A stretch of 64,000 bases of DNA from Clostridiales bacterium (GTDB lineage: Bacteria; Bacillota; Clostridia; Saccharofermentanales; DTU023): positions 11,164 to 75,163 of the forward strand of contig JAQYCV010000014.1 in assembly GCA_028724525.1 (NCBI GenBank). Direction: 5' to 3'. The notes under the pieces are model-generated. The model searched no databases. It was not told the origin of the DNA and saw only the letters and a list, made by a program, of their open reading frames with translations. How positions within the stretch are numbered: the stretch's first letter is position 1; every line of letters starts with the position of its first letter. Below are positions 19,558 to 32,293 of the stretch, in pieces. The position numbers were made by a program, and so were the translations under genes.

Positions 19558-19743
19558 TTTATCTCCCTCCAGATCCACTCATCATCTAGCTTTTTGTCCA
19601 TTATAGGTCAAGAAGGGACCGAGAATGTTAAAGCAGGGTGAAAATAGCTAATTTTAGCCAAAACCCCAGCTGGAAATATGAGGTAGAATGTAGTTAATTA
19701 TGAGAATATTTGCCCAGGCCTTGGCCTGGTTTATCAGGAAGGA

Positions 19744-22197
<2,454 letters not shown>

Positions 22198-22224
22198 GAA
22201 GATAAGTAAAAAGAGGAGGTTGCT

Positions 22225-24753
22225 ATGCAAGACTTTGAACAACTAGGTTACTTTTATCTAGGCCGCCAGCTGCAGGCGGGAAACAATCCCCTAGAGCAAG
22301 GCCCCTTGCTTTTCCCCTCGGCCAAGCTCAACACCCATGCTCTCTGTGTGGGCATGACCGGGTCGGGTAAGACGGGTTTAGGCTTGGGCCTCTTAGAGGA
22401 AGCAGCTATTGATGGTATTCCCGCCTTGGTGATTGACCCCAAGGGGGATATGGCTAACCTATGTCTGACTTTTCCCCATTTAAGCCCGGAGGAATTCTTG
22501 CCCTGGGTAGATAATGAAGAAGCTAGACTGAAGGGCTTGACTCCTGAAGCCTATGCCCAAAAACTCTCTGCCCAATGGCAAGAGGGGATTGCGGCCTGGG
22601 GTCAGACTACCGACCGGATCCGTCTCTTGCGAGAAAATGCAGACCTGACGGTTTATACGCCGGGATCTGCTGCGGGAGAAGCCTTGTCTATGTTGGACAG
22701 CCTGGATGCTCCTCCGCCCAGCCTGGTCCAAGACTTCAACAGCCTCAACAGCCTGGTGGCGTCTACGGCGGCAGCCCTACTCAGCCTTCTGGGTATAGAG
22801 GCTGACCCCATTCAATCCCGGGAGACCATCTTAATCTCTACCATCCTCCAGACCGTCTGGCTAAGAGGAGAAAACCTCAGTCTAGCTAGCCTGATCGGCT
22901 ATATTCAAAATCCTCCTACAGACCAGGTGGGAGTTTTGGACTGGGAAACCTTCTATCCTCAAGTGGAACGCCAAAACTTGGCCCTTCGCTTCAATAGCCT
23001 ACTAGCCTCGCCTAGTTTTAGCGGCTTCTTGCAAGGCCGCCCCTTAGATATTGACTCCCTCTTATATAATGCCCAGGGCAAGGCCAAGATTTCCATTATT
23101 TCCATTGCCCACCTCAGTGACCAGGAGCGCATGTTCTTTGTCACCCTCTTCCTCAACCGCCTCCTGGCCTGGACCCGGGCTCAGACGGGTAGCCAGAGCC
23201 TGCGGGCTCTCTTCTACATGGATGAGATTTTTGGCTACTTCCCTCCAGTGGCCAATCCGCCTTCTAAACAGGCTATCCTTACCCTCTTGAAGCAAGCTAG
23301 GGCCTATGGTTTGGGCCTGGTCCTGGCTACGCAAAACCCTGCTGACTTGGACTATAAAGGTTTAGCCAATATTGGCACCTGGTGGATTGGGCGCCTGCAG
23401 ACAGAGCGGGACCGGGCCCGGCTCTTGGATGGACTACAAACGGCTGACCCCCTCGACCAAAGCCAAGCCAGCAGGCAGGATCTGGATCAGCTTATTGCTG
23501 GTTTGGAGCAAAGACAATTCTTGATGCACAGTGTCCATCAAAAAGCCCCTGTCCTTATGGAAAGCCGCTATTGCCTCTCCTACTTGAAGGGTCCCATGTC
23601 CCTTATGGATTTGACCAAGCTTAAAGAAACCGGCTTGGCTACTCCTGACACTTATCAGCCTTCTTCTAGCCTAGGGAGCGGCCGGGCCCCAGCCCAGGCC
23701 ACAGACCCCCGCCTGGCCCAGGCCTTAGGCCAAGGCCAAGATCCGGCTAGCCAAGATTATCTCCGCCAGCGCCAGGCAGCCCTGGACTCTGCCCAGCAAA
23801 TCCAAGCCCAAGCTGCAGGCCTCAATCTTAGTCCCAACCCCAGTGGTCAGGCCCAAATGCCTCCAAATCTGCCAGATGGCCTACAGGCCTATTTCCTCCC
23901 CAGTAACCAGGCCTCCGGCCACTATAGGCCCGTCCTGGCCGCTTTTACCGAGACTTACTTTGCTGATAAGCAAAGCGGTAAAGGTCAGACCATCCAAGAA
24001 GTTCGTTTAGTTGACTTCCAAGACGGCCCCCTGCCCGTGCGGTGGGAAGATAGCCGGCTGGCTGATTTTAAGCTATCTGACTTGGCCTCCCGTCCCCAGG
24101 CCGGCTTTGATTTTGATCCCCTGCCGGCCCCTGCTCTCAAGGCGAAAGCCTACACGGAATGGTCCAAGGATCTGGTGGACTACCTCTACCGCAACCAAAG
24201 TTTGACCCGCTATGAAAATAAGGCCTATAAGCTACAGTCAGAAGAAGGCGAAGACCTCCGGTCCTTCAAGATCCGTCTGGACCAGGAAAGCCGGGAGGCC
24301 AGAGATAAAGCCCTGACTGACCTGCAGGATAAGTACGAAAAGAAGCTGGCCAGCCAAGAAGAAAAAATCCGCAAAGCAGAGCAGCAGGTCGCAAAAAAGG
24401 CAGACATGCAGGCAGACGCCAAACGTCAAGCTAGCATTTCCCTCGGCTCTACCGTGATTAACGCGGTCTTTGGCAAAAAAATCTTTTCGAGTGGGACCCT
24501 GGGCCGGGCTACGACGACCAGCCGCGCCGCCTCTCGGATTGGCCGGATTGAAGCGGATGTCGAACGGGCACAGGAAACCGTTGATACCTACCAAGAGGCC
24601 TACCAAAGCCTGGCTCAAGAAATGCAGGAAGAGGTCACTAAGCTCAGGACTCAGCTTGAGGCAGACCTGGATAACATTACTGAATTAGCCCTTAAACCCC
24701 TTAAGCGGGATATCAAAGTCTTGCTTTTAGCTGTGGTTTGGCAAGCCCAATAA
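22225..24753 (+). CDS. Large P-loop NTPase, YjgR (DUF853)/HerA-FtsK-like, with low-complexity spacer and coiled-coil-like tail
   Basis: Walker A CVGMTGSGKTG, then IPALVIDPKGD, Walker B-like LFYMDEIFGYF, then LATQNPADLDYKGLANIGTWWIGRLQ. This order parallels E. coli YjgR as I remember it. RBS AAGAGGAGG lies 27 nt after the lon stop. Confidence 0.6.
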   Translation: MQDFEQLGYFYLGRQLQAGNNPLEQGPLLFPSAKLNTHALCVGMTGSGKTGLGLGLLEEAAIDGIPALVIDPKGDMANLCLTFPHLSPEEFLPWVDNEEARLKGLTPEAYAQKLSAQWQEGIAAWGQTTDRIRLLRENADLTVYTPGSAAGEALSMLDSLDAPPPSLVQDFNSLNSLVASTAAALLSLLGIEADPIQSRETILISTILQTVWLRGENLSLASLIGYIQNPPTDQVGVLDWETFYPQVERQNLALRFNSLLASPSFSGFLQGRPLDIDSLLYNAQGKAKISIISIAHLSDQERMFFVTLFLNRLLAWTRAQTGSQSLRALFYMDEIFGYFPPVANPPSKQAILTLLKQARAYGLGLVLATQNPADLDYKGLANIGTWWIGRLQTERDRARLLDGLQTADPLDQSQASRQDLDQLIAGLEQRQFLMHSVHQKAPVLMESRYCLSYLKGPMSLMDLTKLKETGLATPDTYQPSSSLGSGRAPAQATDPRLAQALGQGQDPASQDYLRQRQAALDSAQQIQAQAAGLNLSPNPSGQAQMPPNLPDGLQAYFLPSNQASGHYRPVLAAFTETYFADKQSGKGQTIQEVRLVDFQDGPLPVRWEDSRLADFKLSDLASRPQAGFDFDPLPAPALKAKAYTEWSKDLVDYLYRNQSLTRYENKAYKLQSEEGEDLRSFKIRLDQESREARDKALTDLQDKYEKKLASQEEKIRKAEQQVAKKADMQADAKRQASISLGSTVINAVFGKKIFSSGTLGRATTTSRAASRIGRIEADVERAQETVDTYQEAYQSLAQEMQEEVTKLRTQLEADLDNITELALKPLKRDIKVLLLAVVWQAQ

Positions 24754-24793
24754 TCCCCACATAAGACAATCGCCCTCAAAAGAATATTTATTG

Positions 24794-24823
24794 AAAAATC
24801 CCGGCTTCGGCCGGGATTTTTTG
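24794..24823 (+). terminator. Rho-independent terminator after the lon/P-loop gene pair
   Basis: AAAAATCCCGGC-TTCG-GCCGGGATTTTT is a perfect 12-bp stem with a tetraloop and T-run. Confidence 0.8.
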
Positions 24824-24998
24824 GCTTTTTCGCCAAAGGATAGCATGAATATTGCATGGTGATGTATAAAGATAAAATCGCCTTAAAGGCCCATTTGCCA
24901 GGCCTCAAGCGGACTGCTAGAATTTTAACTATTCATATATTTTCCCGCTTTATCCTCCAGCGAGACAAAAGCTGGCAAGAGACATAGAAGGTGGCGAT

Positions 24999-26243
24999 AT
25001 GACGAATATTAAACTGCAAGTGAATTCTGAAGTGGACAGATTGCGGAGCATCATGCTGCACAAGCCCCAGGCGGAACTTGATAATCTTGTGCCAGACAAT
25101 ATGAAGCGTCTGCTTTTCGATGATTTGCCGGACACCTTAATGGCGGGATCGGAATATGACCAGTATGTTCAGATCCTAAAAGACCAGGGCGTAAAGATTT
25201 ATTACCTGGAAAACCTGGTAGCCGAGGCTCTGGATGCAGATCCCACGGGCAAGTGCCGGGAAGACTTTATCCTTAACTTTCTCCAGGTTCACCAAGTGAC
25301 AGACCCGGCCCAGAGAAATTATCTTGCAGACTACTTCCTAGCCATCCCCCAGAGCCTTGATCTGGTTTTGCAAATGGTCAAGGGGGTTCGGAAAGAAGAC
25401 CTACCCGCTAGCACAAAGGCCTTATTTCGCATGCGCAACGGCGAAAATGACTTTTTTGCCCTCGATCCCTTGCCCAACCTCTACTTTACCCGGGACCCTT
25501 TCACCATTATTGGCAATACGGTGTCCATTAACACCATGTACAGCCAGGCCCGGGTGCCTGAAGTAGCCTTTGCCGAATGTATTTTCCACCACCATCCCGC
25601 TTTTAAGGACCAAGTCGTGATCCATCAGGGGACTGGTGACCAGGGCTTAAGCCATGTAGAAGGTGGGGATATCCTCCTCCTGAATCCAGAAACTGTGGCT
25701 ATCGGGGTCAGTCAACGGACTCGTTTTGAAGCTATTCTGTACTTAGCAGAATCCCTCTTCACCCGGGGTGGAACCCAGGATCTCCGCCGGGTCTTGGCCT
25801 TTGAAATCCCCAGCAAGCGGGCCTACATGCATCTTGACACAGTCTTTACCCAGCTCGATACGGACTGCTTTGTTGTCCACCCTGGTATTGAAGGTGTCCT
25901 TACAGTTCATGAGATCACTTATCCGAATGGCCTCTGCCAGACTAAGGAAGTCCACGGAACTCTAGAAGAGATTCTCTGCCGCTATACAGACCAAGATAAG
26001 ATCCGCCTCATCAAGTGCGGTGGCGACAGCCCAGTCGATGCCGAGCGTGAGCAGTGGAACGATGGTGCCAACACCCTAGCCTTAGCGCCGGGCGAGGTTA
26101 TTGTTTATGCGCGCAACCACGTGACCAATCGCCTCATGGAAGCTGAAGGCATCAAGCTCCACAAGCTGGGTGTCTCCGAATTAGCCCGTGGCCGTGGCGG
26201 CCCCCACTGCATGTCTATGCCCTTCAGCCGGGATTTCCTCTAA
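24999..26243 (+). CDS. arcA: Arginine deiminase
   Basis: 414 aa. The N-terminus VNSEVDRLRSIMLHKP and the C-terminal catalytic-Cys region RGRGGPHCMSMP are typical of ArcA. It is followed by arcB and arcC. Confidence 0.9.
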   Translation: MTNIKLQVNSEVDRLRSIMLHKPQAELDNLVPDNMKRLLFDDLPDTLMAGSEYDQYVQILKDQGVKIYYLENLVAEALDADPTGKCREDFILNFLQVHQVTDPAQRNYLADYFLAIPQSLDLVLQMVKGVRKEDLPASTKALFRMRNGENDFFALDPLPNLYFTRDPFTIIGNTVSINTMYSQARVPEVAFAECIFHHHPAFKDQVVIHQGTGDQGLSHVEGGDILLLNPETVAIGVSQRTRFEAILYLAESLFTRGGTQDLRRVLAFEIPSKRAYMHLDTVFTQLDTDCFVVHPGIEGVLTVHEITYPNGLCQTKEVHGTLEEILCRYTDQDKIRLIKCGGDSPVDAEREQWNDGANTLALAPGEVIVYARNHVTNRLMEAEGIKLHKLGVSELARGRGGPHCMSMPFSRDFL

Positions 26244-26373
26244 GCATCCTGCTTAGAGAACCAGACTTTTAGCAAGTATTTTCCCCGCTAGCCAAAGCTG
26301 GGGAAATAGATATACTGACAGAAAATGAATTGAAACGTTTCATGCGCTTTGCGTGAAACAAAGGAGGAAAATA

Positions 26374-27363
26374 ATGGCAGTTAACCTGAAAGGACGTAAC
26401 TTTCTCACTCTGAAAGACTTCACGCCCGATGAAATCCACTATCTCTTAAACTTGGCCCACGACCTAAAAAGCAAAAAACGTTTGGGCATTAAAGGCAAAT
26501 CTCTGGAAGGCAAAAACATTGTCCTCCTCTTCGAGAAGACTTCTACCCGGACCCGCTGTGCTTTTGAAGTCGGAGCTATGGACGAGGGCGCAGGCGTAAC
26601 CTTCCTCTCCAATTCTCAGTTCGGCAAGAAAGAATCTGTCGAAGACACTGCTAAGGTCTTAGGCCGGATGTTCGACGGTATTGAATTCCGTGGCTTCAAG
26701 CAAGAAACCGTGGAAGACCTGGCCAAGTACTCCGGCGTACCTGTATGGAATGGCTTAACCGACCTTTACCACCCCACCCAGGTCCTGGCCGATGTCATGA
26801 CCATTCAAGAATACGTCCATAAACCCCTGAACCAGGTCAAATTGGTTTATGTCGGCGATGCCCGCAACAATATGGGTAACTCCCTCATGATTGGCGCTGC
26901 TAAACTAGGTATGGACTTCACCGCTGTTGCACCCAAAGAACTCTGGCCCTCTGAAGACCTGGTCAAGGAAATGCGTGACTTAGGCAAGGCCACCGGCTGC
27001 AGCATTGAAATTACGGACGACCTGGATGGCGTAAAAGGCGCCGACGCGATCTATACAGACGTGTGGGTCTCCATGGGTGAAGAAGACAAGTTCGAAGAGC
27101 GGATTGCCCTCATGAAGGACTACCAGGTCAACATGGACCTCATCAAGCGGACGGGCAACCCGGATGTGATCTTCCTCCACTGCCTCCCTTCCTTCCATGA
27201 CCGCAACACAAGCATTGGCGAGGATATCTTCCAGAAATTTGGCCTGGATGCCATGGAAGTCACGGACGAAGTCTTCCGGTCCAAGCACTCCCGGGTCTTT
27301 GATGAAGCCGAAAACCGCCTGCATACTATTAAGGCCGTTATGGTTGCGACCATTGGGAACTAG
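26374..27363 (+). CDS. arcB: Ornithine carbamoyltransferase (catabolic context)
   Basis: Motifs [13 protein letters not shown] and HCLPSFH. Start moved to ATG 26374 behind AAAGGAGGAAAATA. Confidence 0.9.
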   Translation: MAVNLKGRNFLTLKDFTPDEIHYLLNLAHDLKSKKRLGIKGKSLEGKNIVLLFEKTSTRTRCAFEVGAMDEGAGVTFLSNSQFGKKESVEDTAKVLGRMFDGIEFRGFKQETVEDLAKYSGVPVWNGLTDLYHPTQVLADVMTIQEYVHKPLNQVKLVYVGDARNNMGNSLMIGAAKLGMDFTAVAPKELWPSEDLVKEMRDLGKATGCSIEITDDLDGVKGADAIYTDVWVSMGEEDKFEERIALMKDYQVNMDLIKRTGNPDVIFLHCLPSFHDRNTSIGEDIFQKFGLDAMEVTDEVFRSKHSRVFDEAENRLHTIKAVMVATIGN

Positions 27364-27402
27364 CTTTCAGCCCCCTACCATTTCTTTTTTATAAGCCTAT
27401 TT

Positions 27403-27441
27403 TGCCTAGGCCAGCTCCCTTCTGGCCTAGGCATTTGCTTT
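27403..27441 (+). terminator. Strong intra-operon hairpin between arcB and arcC (partial terminator or stabiliser)
   Basis: TGCCTAGGCCA (27403-27413) pairs perfectly with TGGCCTAGGCA (27423-27433) across a 9-nt loop and is followed by TTTGCTTT. Confidence 0.45.
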
Positions 27442-27489
27442 AGCGGACGCATGGCCCGCACAATTGCCATATGAATAAGGAGCATCAAG

Positions 27490-28410
27490 ATGAGTAACAC
27501 CGTAATTGCCTTAGGGGGAAATGCCCTGGGCAAGACCTGGCAGGAGCAAAAGCAGCTCGCCCACAAAACCGCCAAGGCCATTGTGGATCTTTTAGCAGTG
27601 ACCAAGCACTTAGTGGTCAGCCATGGCAACGGCCCCCAGGTCGGCATGATTAAGCTAGCCTTTGAAGAGTCCGGCAAAGATATGCCCCTGGCAGAATGTG
27701 GTGCCATGAGTCAAGGCTATATTGGCTATCATTTGCAAAATGCCCTCTATAACGAATTGGCCCAGCGCCAACAGAAGGTTACAGTCGCCAGCCTGGTGAC
27801 TCAGGTCCAGGTAGATCCAAAGGACCCTGCCTTCCAACACCCTTCCAAGCCTATCGGCAGCTTTTACAGCCAGGCAGATGCTCAGGCGATCATGGCCCAA
27901 GACCCCGAAAAAATCTTTAAAGAAGATGCCGGTCGGGGCTGGCGCCAGGTGGTGGCCTCTCCCAAGCCCATCGATATCATTGAGAAAAATTTCATTATTG
28001 ATTTAATCAAGCAGGGTCATCTGGTCATTGCCTCTGGTGGTGGCGGTATCCCGGTAGTCCTCAAGGAGGGCCGCCTGGAAAGTGTTGAGGCCGTCATCGA
28101 TAAGGACTTTGCCTCGGCCCTCCTGGCCGACCTCATTGGGGCTGACCGCTTTATCGTCCTGACTGCTGTGGACCAGGTCGCTATCCATTTTGGCCAGGCC
28201 AATGAAAGTTGGCTGGACAAGGTAACTGTAGAAGAGATGGAGGCTTACATAGACCAGGGCATGTTCGCCCCCGGTTCTATGTTGCCTAAGGTCCAGGCGG
28301 CTATTCAATTCGTCCGGGGCGGGGAAGGCCGAGAAGCTTTAATCACTTCTCTAGACCGGGCTGCGGATGGCCTGGCGGGCAAAACCGGGACTCGGATCGT
28401 GGCCCATTAG
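27490..28410 (+). CDS. arcC: Carbamate kinase
   Basis: N-terminus NTVIALGGNALG, plus SHGNGPQVG and ASGGGGIPV. It completes the ADI pathway. Confidence 0.9.
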   Translation: MSNTVIALGGNALGKTWQEQKQLAHKTAKAIVDLLAVTKHLVVSHGNGPQVGMIKLAFEESGKDMPLAECGAMSQGYIGYHLQNALYNELAQRQQKVTVASLVTQVQVDPKDPAFQHPSKPIGSFYSQADAQAIMAQDPEKIFKEDAGRGWRQVVASPKPIDIIEKNFIIDLIKQGHLVIASGGGGIPVVLKEGRLESVEAVIDKDFASALLADLIGADRFIVLTAVDQVAIHFGQANESWLDKVTVEEMEAYIDQGMFAPGSMLPKVQAAIQFVRGGEGREALITSLDRAADGLAGKTGTRIVAH

Positions 28411-28465
28411 AAAATTAATCGCGAACAAGCATATTTATACAAAGTGCATAGAAAAGAATGAAAAA

Positions 28466-28495
28466 TTGACATTTATTCCTGTGACTATGTATAAT
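28466..28495 (+). promoter_or_regulatory. Near-consensus sigma-70/SigA promoter of the peptide ABC operon
   Basis: TTGACA (28466-28471), an 18-bp spacer, then TATAAT (28490-28495), about 30 nt upstream of the AGGAGG RBS of the binding-protein gene. Confidence 0.55.
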
Positions 28496-28527
28496 CTGTA
28501 CAAGTAATTCTTTTAGGAGGAATCTAC

Positions 28528-30270
28528 ATGAAAAAACTTTTATCCCTCATGCTTACCCTGGCTCTCATGCTGAGCCTCGGTGCATTTAACTTCGTGGCGC
28601 AAGCCGAAGAAGCTGAAGACGCTAAGGAAGACTTTGTTGAATGGAACTCTGGCACAGAGTTTACCCCAGACGAAGACCAAACTTTCTTAGACTTCTTAGG
28701 CTCCGAACCCACTTCTCTGGACCCCGCTCGTGCTTCTGACAACTATGCTATTGGCATTATGACCAACATCTATGAGCCCCTGGTTCTCGTTCACACCGGT
28801 GCTAATGGTGATCTGGAATACATTGCCGGCGGTGCAAGCTGGGAAGTCAGCGAAGATGGTACTGTCTACACCTTCCACCTGCGCGACAACAAATGGTGGG
28901 ATGGTCAACCTGTTACTGCTCAGGACTATGAATATGCCCTCAAGCGTGCTATTGACCCCGCAACCGGTGCTCCCTATGTATACCTCCTTTCTGATATCCT
29001 GAATGCTGTGCCTGAAGAAGCTGAAGAAGCCGATGGCGAAGAAGCTGAGGATGCAGAAGAAGCTGAAGCTCCTGAATTTGACATGGACGCCGTTGGCGTA
29101 AAGGCCCTGGATAACAAAACCCTTGAGATTACCCTCAAGGCTCCTTCAGCCACCTTCCTGCATGTCATGAGCCAGTCCATTGCTTTCCCTGTACGTCAAG
29201 ACAAGATTGAAGAATTAGGGGAAGCTTATGGTACCGAAACTGATAAGGTTTTGGGTAACGGCCCCTTCACCATTACTGAATGGACCCACAACACCAAGAT
29301 CGTTCTCGAGAAAAACGACACTTACTGGAATGCAGCTAACGTTGTATACACCACAGTCGAAATTCCTATTATGTCCGATGAGAACACCATCATGCAGTCT
29401 TTCATGAACCGTGAAATTTTTGCTGCTGGTGCAACCAAGCCTGAATGGCGCGAAAAATTTGAAGCCGAACCTGACGTGGAAAAGATCACCATGGACAATA
29501 TCGCAACCTTCTTCATGATGTTCAACACCCAGGACGAGCTCTTCTCCAATGCTAAAGTACGTCGTGCCTTCTCCGCCGCTCTGGACCGTGAAGACTTCAA
29601 CGAAACCATCTGGTTCGGTAACCTGAAGCCCGCTACCGGCTGGGTCCCCTTGACCATTTATGTTGGTGACCAGAACTATCGTGAAGCTGCTGGCAACATG
29701 ATCGACAAGCTGCATGAAGATGTACCTGATCCGAAGGCCCTCTTAGACGAGGCTCTGACCGAGATGGGCATGGAAGACAAAATTGACAACCTGGAGGTTT
29801 CCATCATCCTGGGCGCCACCGATGCTTGGTTCCGTACCTTTGGTGAATACCTGCAATCTGTTTTCAAAGAAGTCCTCAATGTTGACCTCAAGGTTGAACA
29901 ATTAGACTGGACCGTCTTCTCCGACCGTGTTTCTAAGTCTGACTACCAAATCGGTTATATGGCTTGGGGTTCAGAGCTGATCGAACCCAACGCTATGCTC
30001 CTTATCCATGCAGATGGTTCTCCTCAAGTGGGTACCTATTGGAATAATGAGGAATATAACAAGCTGGTTCACAAGGCTCAAAACACCGTGGATGATGCCG
30101 AGCGTCTGCAACTCTACATCGATGCTGAGAAGATCCTCATGGAAGAATCTCCTGTAGCTCCTGTAGTACATAGCGTTACCAACACCTACCGCTATGACTT
30201 CCTTAAGAATGTTGACGACCTGGTATGGGGCAACATGGGCTATCGCCAAGGCTTCATCTCTGGAAGATAA
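28528..30270 (+). CDS. Peptide (Opp/Dpp family 5) ABC transporter substrate-binding protein
   Basis: 580 aa of family-5 SBP size, first gene of a BCDF-type operon. The signal peptide MKKLLSLMLTLALMLSLGAFNFVAQA has no lipobox cysteine. An internal acidic insert reads EEAEEADGEEAEDAEEAEAPE. Confidence 0.8.
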   Translation: MKKLLSLMLTLALMLSLGAFNFVAQAEEAEDAKEDFVEWNSGTEFTPDEDQTFLDFLGSEPTSLDPARASDNYAIGIMTNIYEPLVLVHTGANGDLEYIAGGASWEVSEDGTVYTFHLRDNKWWDGQPVTAQDYEYALKRAIDPATGAPYVYLLSDILNAVPEEAEEADGEEAEDAEEAEAPEFDMDAVGVKALDNKTLEITLKAPSATFLHVMSQSIAFPVRQDKIEELGEAYGTETDKVLGNGPFTITEWTHNTKIVLEKNDTYWNAANVVYTTVEIPIMSDENTIMQSFMNREIFAAGATKPEWREKFEAEPDVEKITMDNIATFFMMFNTQDELFSNAKVRRAFSAALDREDFNETIWFGNLKPATGWVPLTIYVGDQNYREAAGNMIDKLHEDVPDPKALLDEALTEMGMEDKIDNLEVSIILGATDAWFRTFGEYLQSVFKEVLNVDLKVEQLDWTVFSDRVSKSDYQIGYMAWGSELIEPNAMLLIHADGSPQVGTYWNNEEYNKLVHKAQNTVDDAERLQLYIDAEKILMEESPVAPVVHSVTNTYRYDFLKNVDDLVWGNMGYRQGFISGR

Positions 30271-30286
30271 GATGTAATCTAGACTA

Positions 30287-30362
30287 GGCAGCCAGCGAAC
30301 TGCTGGCTGCCAGTTTACTTGTTGGGTAGTGTTCGGTAACTCAGCACTACCCGATTTTTTTT
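30287..30362 (+). terminator. Two hairpins between binding-protein and permease genes (attenuator/partial terminator)
   Basis: GGCAGCCAGC-GAACT-GCTGGCTGCC (30287-30311), then GGGTAGTG...CACTACCC (30324-30352) followed by 8 T. Confidence 0.6.
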
Positions 30363-30404
30363 GAATACCGTGCATACCAATAACTGATTATTGGAGTAGG
30401 AGAC

Positions 30405-31340
30405 ATGATAAGATATACCGTTAAACGCATACTCATGATGTTCTTGACCCTCTTTATCGTCACGACCATCACATTCTTCCTCATGCACAGTGTGCCAGGT
30501 GACCCCTTAGCCTCTATGGCCAAGAAGCTCCCTGATTATGCTGTGCAAAACTTTTACGCTAAATATGGCTTAGATAAACCGGTCACTGAACAATACTTTA
30601 TTTTCCTTAAAAATCTCATTACCGAAGGTGACTTAGGCGAATCCATTACCAAGCCTGGTCGGTCGGTTACCCAAACAATAGGGGAGACTGCCCCTATTTC
30701 TGCCCAATGGGGCTTTATTGCCATGTTTATCGGTATCGCGATCGGGACTTTCTTGGGTATTATCGCAGCCTATAATCGCAACAAGTGGCCAGACTATGTG
30801 GTCACCTTTATTGCCATGCTAGGAGTCTGTATACCTTCCTTTGTTTTTGCCTCCCTTCTTCAATTCCTTTTAGCTGGCAAGTGGCGCCTGGTCCCCACAG
30901 CAGGCTGGGGCAAGCCTATTCACTTTATCTTGCCCGTCACTGCGGCCCTCTTTGGCCCTATTGCGACTTATGCCCGCTATACCCGGTCCTCTGTTTTGGA
31001 AGTTCTCAACCAGGATTATATTTTGACGGCTGAAGCCAAGGGCGTGTCCCGGTCTGGCATTCTCTTTAAGCATGTCCTCCGCAATGCTGTCTTGCCCCTC
31101 ATTACTATGATTGGGCCTCAAGTGGCAGGTGTCTTTACGGGTTCCTTTGTTCTGGAGCGTATGTTCTCCATTCCCGGCCTGGGCCGTTACTTTGTGGAGT
31201 CGGTCAATGCGCGAGACTACACCATGATTATTGGTACGACTGTCTTCTATGCCGCCCTCTTTATTTTCTCTGTTTTGATTGTGGACCTGGTTTACGGCCT
31301 GGTTGATCCTAGAATTCGTTTGAGCGGGAGGAAAGCCTAA
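30405..31340 (+). CDS. Peptide ABC transporter permease (OppB/DppB type)
   Basis: 311-aa six-TM BPD-type permease with N-terminus MIRYTVKRILMMFLTLF typical of OppB/DppB. Confidence 0.85.
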   Translation: MIRYTVKRILMMFLTLFIVTTITFFLMHSVPGDPLASMAKKLPDYAVQNFYAKYGLDKPVTEQYFIFLKNLITEGDLGESITKPGRSVTQTIGETAPISAQWGFIAMFIGIAIGTFLGIIAAYNRNKWPDYVVTFIAMLGVCIPSFVFASLLQFLLAGKWRLVPTAGWGKPIHFILPVTAALFGPIATYARYTRSSVLEVLNQDYILTAEAKGVSRSGILFKHVLRNAVLPLITMIGPQVAGVFTGSFVLERMFSIPGLGRYFVESVNARDYTMIIGTTVFYAALFIFSVLIVDLVYGLVDPRIRLSGRKA

Positions 31341-32284
31341 TGTCAGAAGTAAACACTAGCACTATGTCACAGCTCAATCCCGAAAGCTTTCAGCCTATTC
31401 CAGCAGCGGACAAGTCAGCTGAATTCATGGCCCGGCCTAAGATTACCTATTGGTCAGACGCCTGGCGCCGCTTCAAACAGAACAAGGTGGCCCTCTTTGC
31501 CGGCTTTATGCTCCTCCTCCTGATTCTCATGGTGGTCTTTGGCCCCATGTTCTCACCTTATCGTTTTGATGAAATTAACCGGGACCTCCGCCATGCTCCT
31601 CCTTCAGCCGAACACTGGTTTGGCACGGACGAGCTGGGTCGGGATATCTTTACCCGAATTTGTGTGGGTGGTCGCGTGTCTATCGCCATTGGTATCTGCG
31701 GGGCTCTCATTTCTGCCATTGTGGGCTCTCTCTATGGCGCCATTTCGGCCTTTGCTGGCGGCGCTGTGGACAATATCATGATGCGGATTGTGGAGATCTT
31801 AAACTCTGTTCCCTATCTCCTCGTGATTATTCTTCTCCAGCTCTACCTGCGGGAGCGCAACCTGGGCACCATGTTGATCGCTCTGACGATCACGGGTTGG
31901 CTGGGCTCTGCCCGCATGGTCAGGGGTCAGCTCCTGGCCCTTAAAAACCAAGACTTTGTCTTGGCTGCCCAAACGCTCGGTGTTTCTCCCATGCGGATCA
32001 TTTTGAGCCACCTCCTCCCCAATACCCTGAATATCATCATCATCGCGATTACCTTTGATATTCCGGGCTATATTTTCTCCGAGGCCTTCCTCTCCTTTAT
32101 CGGTATTGGGATTGAATCTCCCATGACCTCCTGGGGGGCGATGACCTCAATTGCCCAGCAGTCTTTCCTCTTCTACCCCACGGAAATGTTCTTCCCCTCA
32201 CTCATGATCGCTATCACCATGCTGTCTTTTGTCCTCCTGGGTGATGGCCTGCGGGATGCCCTAGACCCCCGCCTCAGAGAATAG
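31340..32284 (+). CDS. Peptide ABC transporter permease (OppC/DppC type)
   Basis: 314-aa permease whose start overlaps the previous stop (TAATG). It has an OppC-like N-terminal region with HWFGTDELGRD. Confidence 0.85.
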   Translation: MSEVNTSTMSQLNPESFQPIPAADKSAEFMARPKITYWSDAWRRFKQNKVALFAGFMLLLLILMVVFGPMFSPYRFDEINRDLRHAPPSAEHWFGTDELGRDIFTRICVGGRVSIAIGICGALISAIVGSLYGAISAFAGGAVDNIMMRIVEILNSVPYLLVIILLQLYLRERNLGTMLIALTITGWLGSARMVRGQLLALKNQDFVLAAQTLGVSPMRIILSHLLPNTLNIIIIAITFDIPGYIFSEAFLSFIGIGIESPMTSWGAMTSIAQQSFLFYPTEMFFPSLMIAITMLSFVLLGDGLRDALDPRLRE

Positions 32285-32293
32285 GCGATCGAG

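Noticed and set aside
19606-19729. CtsR-like operator (GGTCAAGAAGGGACCGA, 19606-19622) and a CCAGGCC-TT-GGCCTGG hairpin (19714-19729) upstream of lon.
   Set aside because: The second heptad matches the GGTCAAA consensus poorly (about 4 of 7), so a CtsR site is not supported. The hairpin is real, but I cannot assign it a function.
24843-24945. ArgR/AhrC ARG boxes upstream of arcA (CATGAATATTGCATG at about 24844, TATTCATATA at about 24929).
   Set aside because: Only half-site-level similarity to TGAAT-wwww-ATTCA, with no full 18-bp box. No Crp/Fnr-type TGTGA-N6-TCACA ArcR site was seen either.
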